From NCBI RefSeq assembly GCF_009914755.1, contig NC_060930.1: a stretch of 64,000 nt of DNA. One strand, 5' to 3'. The stretch comes from the human T2T-CHM13v2.0 reference genome, Homo sapiens. The first letter of the stretch is position 1; the number at the start of each line of letters is the position of its first letter. Shown here piece after piece: positions 60,255 through 64,000 of this stretch. The notes under the pieces were generated by a model. It made no database searches. It was not told the origin of the DNA and saw nothing but the letters and a program-made list of their open reading frames with translations. The translations under genes and the position numbers were made by a program.

Positions 60255-63200
60255 TCTACGATGTTGGATTGGAGGCTTTTAGAGCATCTCATCCACTTGG
60301 AAATAGCAAGATAATGCATAGAGACTAACACTGTGAGAGTATATAGAAGGTATATGGGAATTCACTGAAAAGCAAAGGACACTTCAGATTTTAGACAAGA
60401 GAAGGTGGGTGATCAGCATGCATGGAGGCATTCGGCTGAGAAAAGTAGGAGCCCCAGTACATGAGAGGGGCAGAGTCCCCCTGAGCTGCCCCTCCCTTCC
60501 CATGCCAAGAACTTGGTGCAGCAGCACTGTCTCTGCTCCACATTCTGACAAATTTCGAGGCACTTGGAGCACCTATTCTTCTAGATTAGGAGTTTAGGCC
60601 CCTCCTTTGCTGTGTAGAGAACTTGATGCAGTGGCAGTTTTCATGCTACAAGCCTGGGCATATCTCCTGGCTTTTGGTACACCTGCCAACCTGGATTAGG
60701 AGCTTGAGTTGCCCCTCCCTTCCCATGCAAAGACCTTGTTGCAGCAGTAGTTTCTCCACTCCTTGCCTGGGCAGAGTTTTTCCAGGCATATGGCACATTT
60801 GCTCCCCTGGTTTTGGAGCTTAAGCTGCCCCACCCCTCCCACGCAGAGGAGTTGGTGGAGCAGTGCTCTTTCCACTCCACACTTAGATATCTCTCCAGGC
60901 ATTTGAAGCAACTATACTTCCCGGTTAGGAGTCCACGTCACCCCTTTCTTCCAATGCAGAGAACTTGGAGGAGTGGAGGTTTCTCCACTCCACACCCGGG
61001 CACAAGTCTGGGTGTTGAATGGCTGCCCCCGGACTCCTCATTGGAGCTGGTGCTTGCACCTGCCTTTGAGATACCTGTAGGTGGACCTGCCTGGTCCAGC
61101 TCCAGGCAGCTTTGTCCCCCACTCTGGGGCTGAGCACAGAGACAAGGCCACAGGGCATAGCACAGACTAGCCCATTGCCTGAGGAAACTGAGTTTCTCAT
61201 GGTTAACAAAGATCATTCATATACCCATCTCTTTCAGCCACTGTTGGCTCCTATCTGTAAACACCACCTATTTGTCTGGAGGTGGAACTGCACAACCTAA
61301 TAGAAAATCTGCTGACAAGAGTGCTCAGACTTGAGGAACAACATAAACTTGCCAAGACCTCTGCTATCACAGCCCCATATGTGGCAGCAAGTCTGCTCAC
61401 ACTCCCAGGACATCACTACTACAACCAGGATTTGAGAAAGCCACCACACAAGGCTATCTGTAACCAATGAACTTATACTGAATCCTTGCCATTTAAAGCA
61501 CCCAGAACCAAAGCCAAAGAACCCTGCAGAACATACATTATAATCACATCCTCAAGGATGTGACTCATTAAGAAAAAAATTAAAAATAAGAATAGACAGT
61601 TTCTCCAGATGAGAAGAAACAGATAAACAATTCTGGAACTATGAAAACAACCAACCAAACAAACAAACAAACAAACAAACCGTGTTACAAGCCCTCAAAG
61701 GTTACTCTAACTCTTCAGCAATGGATCCTAACCAAAATTAAATTTTTGAAATACCAGATAAATAATTCAAAATGTGATTTAAAAAAAACTCAGTGAGATC
61801 CAAGAGAAAGTTAAAGCTAACACAAATAAATCAGAAAGAGAATGACTCAGGATATGAATTAAAAATCCACTGAAAAGACAGCTTTTTAAAAAATAAACAA
61901 ACATAACTTTTAGAGGAAAAAATTATTGAAGGAATTACAAAATATAGTTGAAAGCCTTAACAACAGACTAGACCAAGCAGAAGAAAGAATTTCAGAGCTT
62001 GAAGACAGATATTTTGAATTAAACCAGTCAGACAAAAATAAAGAAGAATATTAAAATATAAACACTGCATTCAAAAAATATGTGATTATGTAAAGTGTCC
62101 AATCTTATGAGTCATAGGTATTGCTGAGGGAGAAGAAGAGTAAAAAGGTTGGACTATCTATTTGAGGGAATGATTGAGGAAAACTACCTTAGTCTTGCTA
62201 AAGATTTAAATATCCAGATACAAGAAGCTCAGAGAACTCCAGGAAGATACATTGCAAGATGGATTTCACCAAGACATATAGTTACTAGGCAATCTAAAGT
62301 CAACATGAAGGAAAAAAAATACTAAAAGCAGCAAGAGTAAAGTGTTTAATCACCTCTAAAGGACATCTCATCAGATGAAGTGGATTTCTCAATTGATACC
62401 TCAGAATACAGAGATCATCAAAGACTACTAGAACAGCTGCATACTCACAAACTTAAAAACCTAGAGAAAATGGATACATTCCTGGAAACATACAACCCTA
62501 TAAACCAGAAGAGACTGTGGCCCTATGTTCAGTCTTAAAGGGAAAAAAACTATCAGACATGCATTTTGTATACTGCTAAACAAGGCTTAATACATGAAGG
62601 AGAAATAGTCTTTTTCAGCCAAACAAATGCTAAGGAAATTCATCACTATTAGACTGGTCCTACAAGAAATCCTCAAAGGAGTTCAAACATGGAGATAAAA
62701 GGGTGATGCTTGCCATCAGAAAAACACACAGAAGTATAACTCACAGGTCTTATAAAATAAGTATACAATTGAGACTGCAAAGCGACCAGGTAAAAACACT
62801 ATGACAGGAACAGACTCACATATCAATATTAACCTTGAACATGTACCAAGTGTTCACTTAAAAGATAGAGATTGGTGTAATGGAAAACAGCAACAACAAC
62901 AACAAACCCAAAAAACAAAAACAGGGTTCAGCCAAATGCTGCTTTCAAGAAACACACTTAGCTGATAAAGACATTTTCAGACTCAAGGTAAAGGGGTGGA
63001 AAAAGATATGCCAATGGAAACCAAAAGAGAACAAGAGTAGTTATACTTACATCAGATAGAATAGGCTTTATATCAAAAAACAGTAAAAAAAAAAAAGACA
63101 AAAGAGGTCATCAGATAATGATACAGGGTTCAATTCAATAAAAAGTAAAACAATTGTAAATATATATCCACCCATCACCAGAGCACCCAGATTCATACAA

Positions 63201-64000
63201 AAAATGCTACTAGATAAAAGAGATAGACAGCAATACAATACTACTGAAGTACTTCAGCACCACTAACAGCACTAGATAGATCATTGAAATAAAACAAAGA
63301 GACACTAAACTTAAAATGGACTCCATTGCAATGAACCTAATAGATGTCTACAGAACATGCTACCCAACAATCACAGAATATATATTCTTCTCTTGAGTGC
63401 ATAAAACATTCCCCAAGAGACACCATATTTTAGGCCACAAAACAAGTCTCAATGAATTTGGAAAAATTAAAATCACATCAAATATATTTTTAACCTCAGT
63501 GGAATAAAACTAGAAATCAATTCCAAAAGGAACTCTGAAAGCTATACAAATACAAGGAAATTAAACAATCTATTCCTGAATGATCTTTGGGTACATGATG
63601 AAATTAATTTGGAAATTAAAACTCTTCTTGAAAAAATGAAAATGGAAACATAACATACTCAGGCTTCTGGGATACAGCAAAAACAGTGCCAAGAGGGTAT
63701 TTTTATTGTGTTACATGCTTACATCAAAAAGATACAAAGTTCAAAAATTAACAACATATCATCACACCTGTATAAATGACACTACTATAAATGGCTATAC
63801 ATTCACAACCCAGAAAAATCTAAAGAAAATGAATAATTTCCTGAAAACATGCAACTTCCCAATATTGAACCAGGAAGAAACAGAAATCTTAAACAGACCA
63901 ATAAAAAGGAGTGAAATAGAATTAGTAATTTAAACATCTCTCTGGAAAACCCAGGACCAGTCAGATTCACAGCTGAATGCCACCAGACATACAAGGAGAA
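60255..64000 (+). mobile_element. Old L1 (L1M1/M2/L1PBa-type 5'UTR) with ORF1 (~61610-62720) and ORF2 from ~62801, running off the window
   Basis: 5' gatgttggattggaggc; ORF1 motifs (agactagaccaagcagaagaaagaatttcagagcttgaagac); EN start atgacagga...tatcaatattaaccttgaa; ILNQEETEILNRPI. Confidence 0.88.
60480..61030 (+). repeat. About five degenerate ~113-bp monomers in the L1 5'UTR
   Basis: Recurring gagctgcccctcccttcccatgc...acttggtgcagcag...ttctccactcc...ggcacttgg...ggattagga units near 60481, 60593, 60704, 60820 and 60932. Confidence 0.75.

Noticed and set aside
60384-61470. Dense overlapping ORFs on both strands
   Set aside because: They arise from the GC-richer L1 5'UTR monomers; no recognisable protein.

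Overview
This is primate (human-like) AT-rich, repeat-dense intronic or intergenic DNA. I find no intact protein-coding gene. Almost every ORF in the track is an Alu, L1, LTR or DNA-transposon reading frame, or low-complexity sequence. Recognisable content: many nested L1 elements (old L1M/ME, L1PB, L1PA13-16-type, L1PA7-type and a young L1PA2-type 3' fragment), 13 Alus, solo LTRs (LTR40, MER66-like, LTR27, LTR28, MLT1, MST), DNA transposons (a near full-length Charlie3 with its transposase remnant and 8-bp TSD, MER1B, Tigger1, Tigger9, MADE1, MER103C), L2/MIR fragments, and a disabled processed pseudogene of TMEM98 on the minus strand (~42.56-43.52 kb). I see no evidence for a new multi-gene system. 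The most interesting signals are mechanistic scars: (1) an AluY carrying ~70 nt of extra sequence and a second poly(A) inside one TSD (candidate Alu 3' transduction); (2) a double fold-back A-A'-B'-B palindrome at the start of an MST LTR; (3) a TSD-less AluY marking a probable deletion; (4) several templated insertions; (5) a candidate microexon. Repeat subfamily names come from recalled consensus features and need Dfam/RepeatMasker confirmation.
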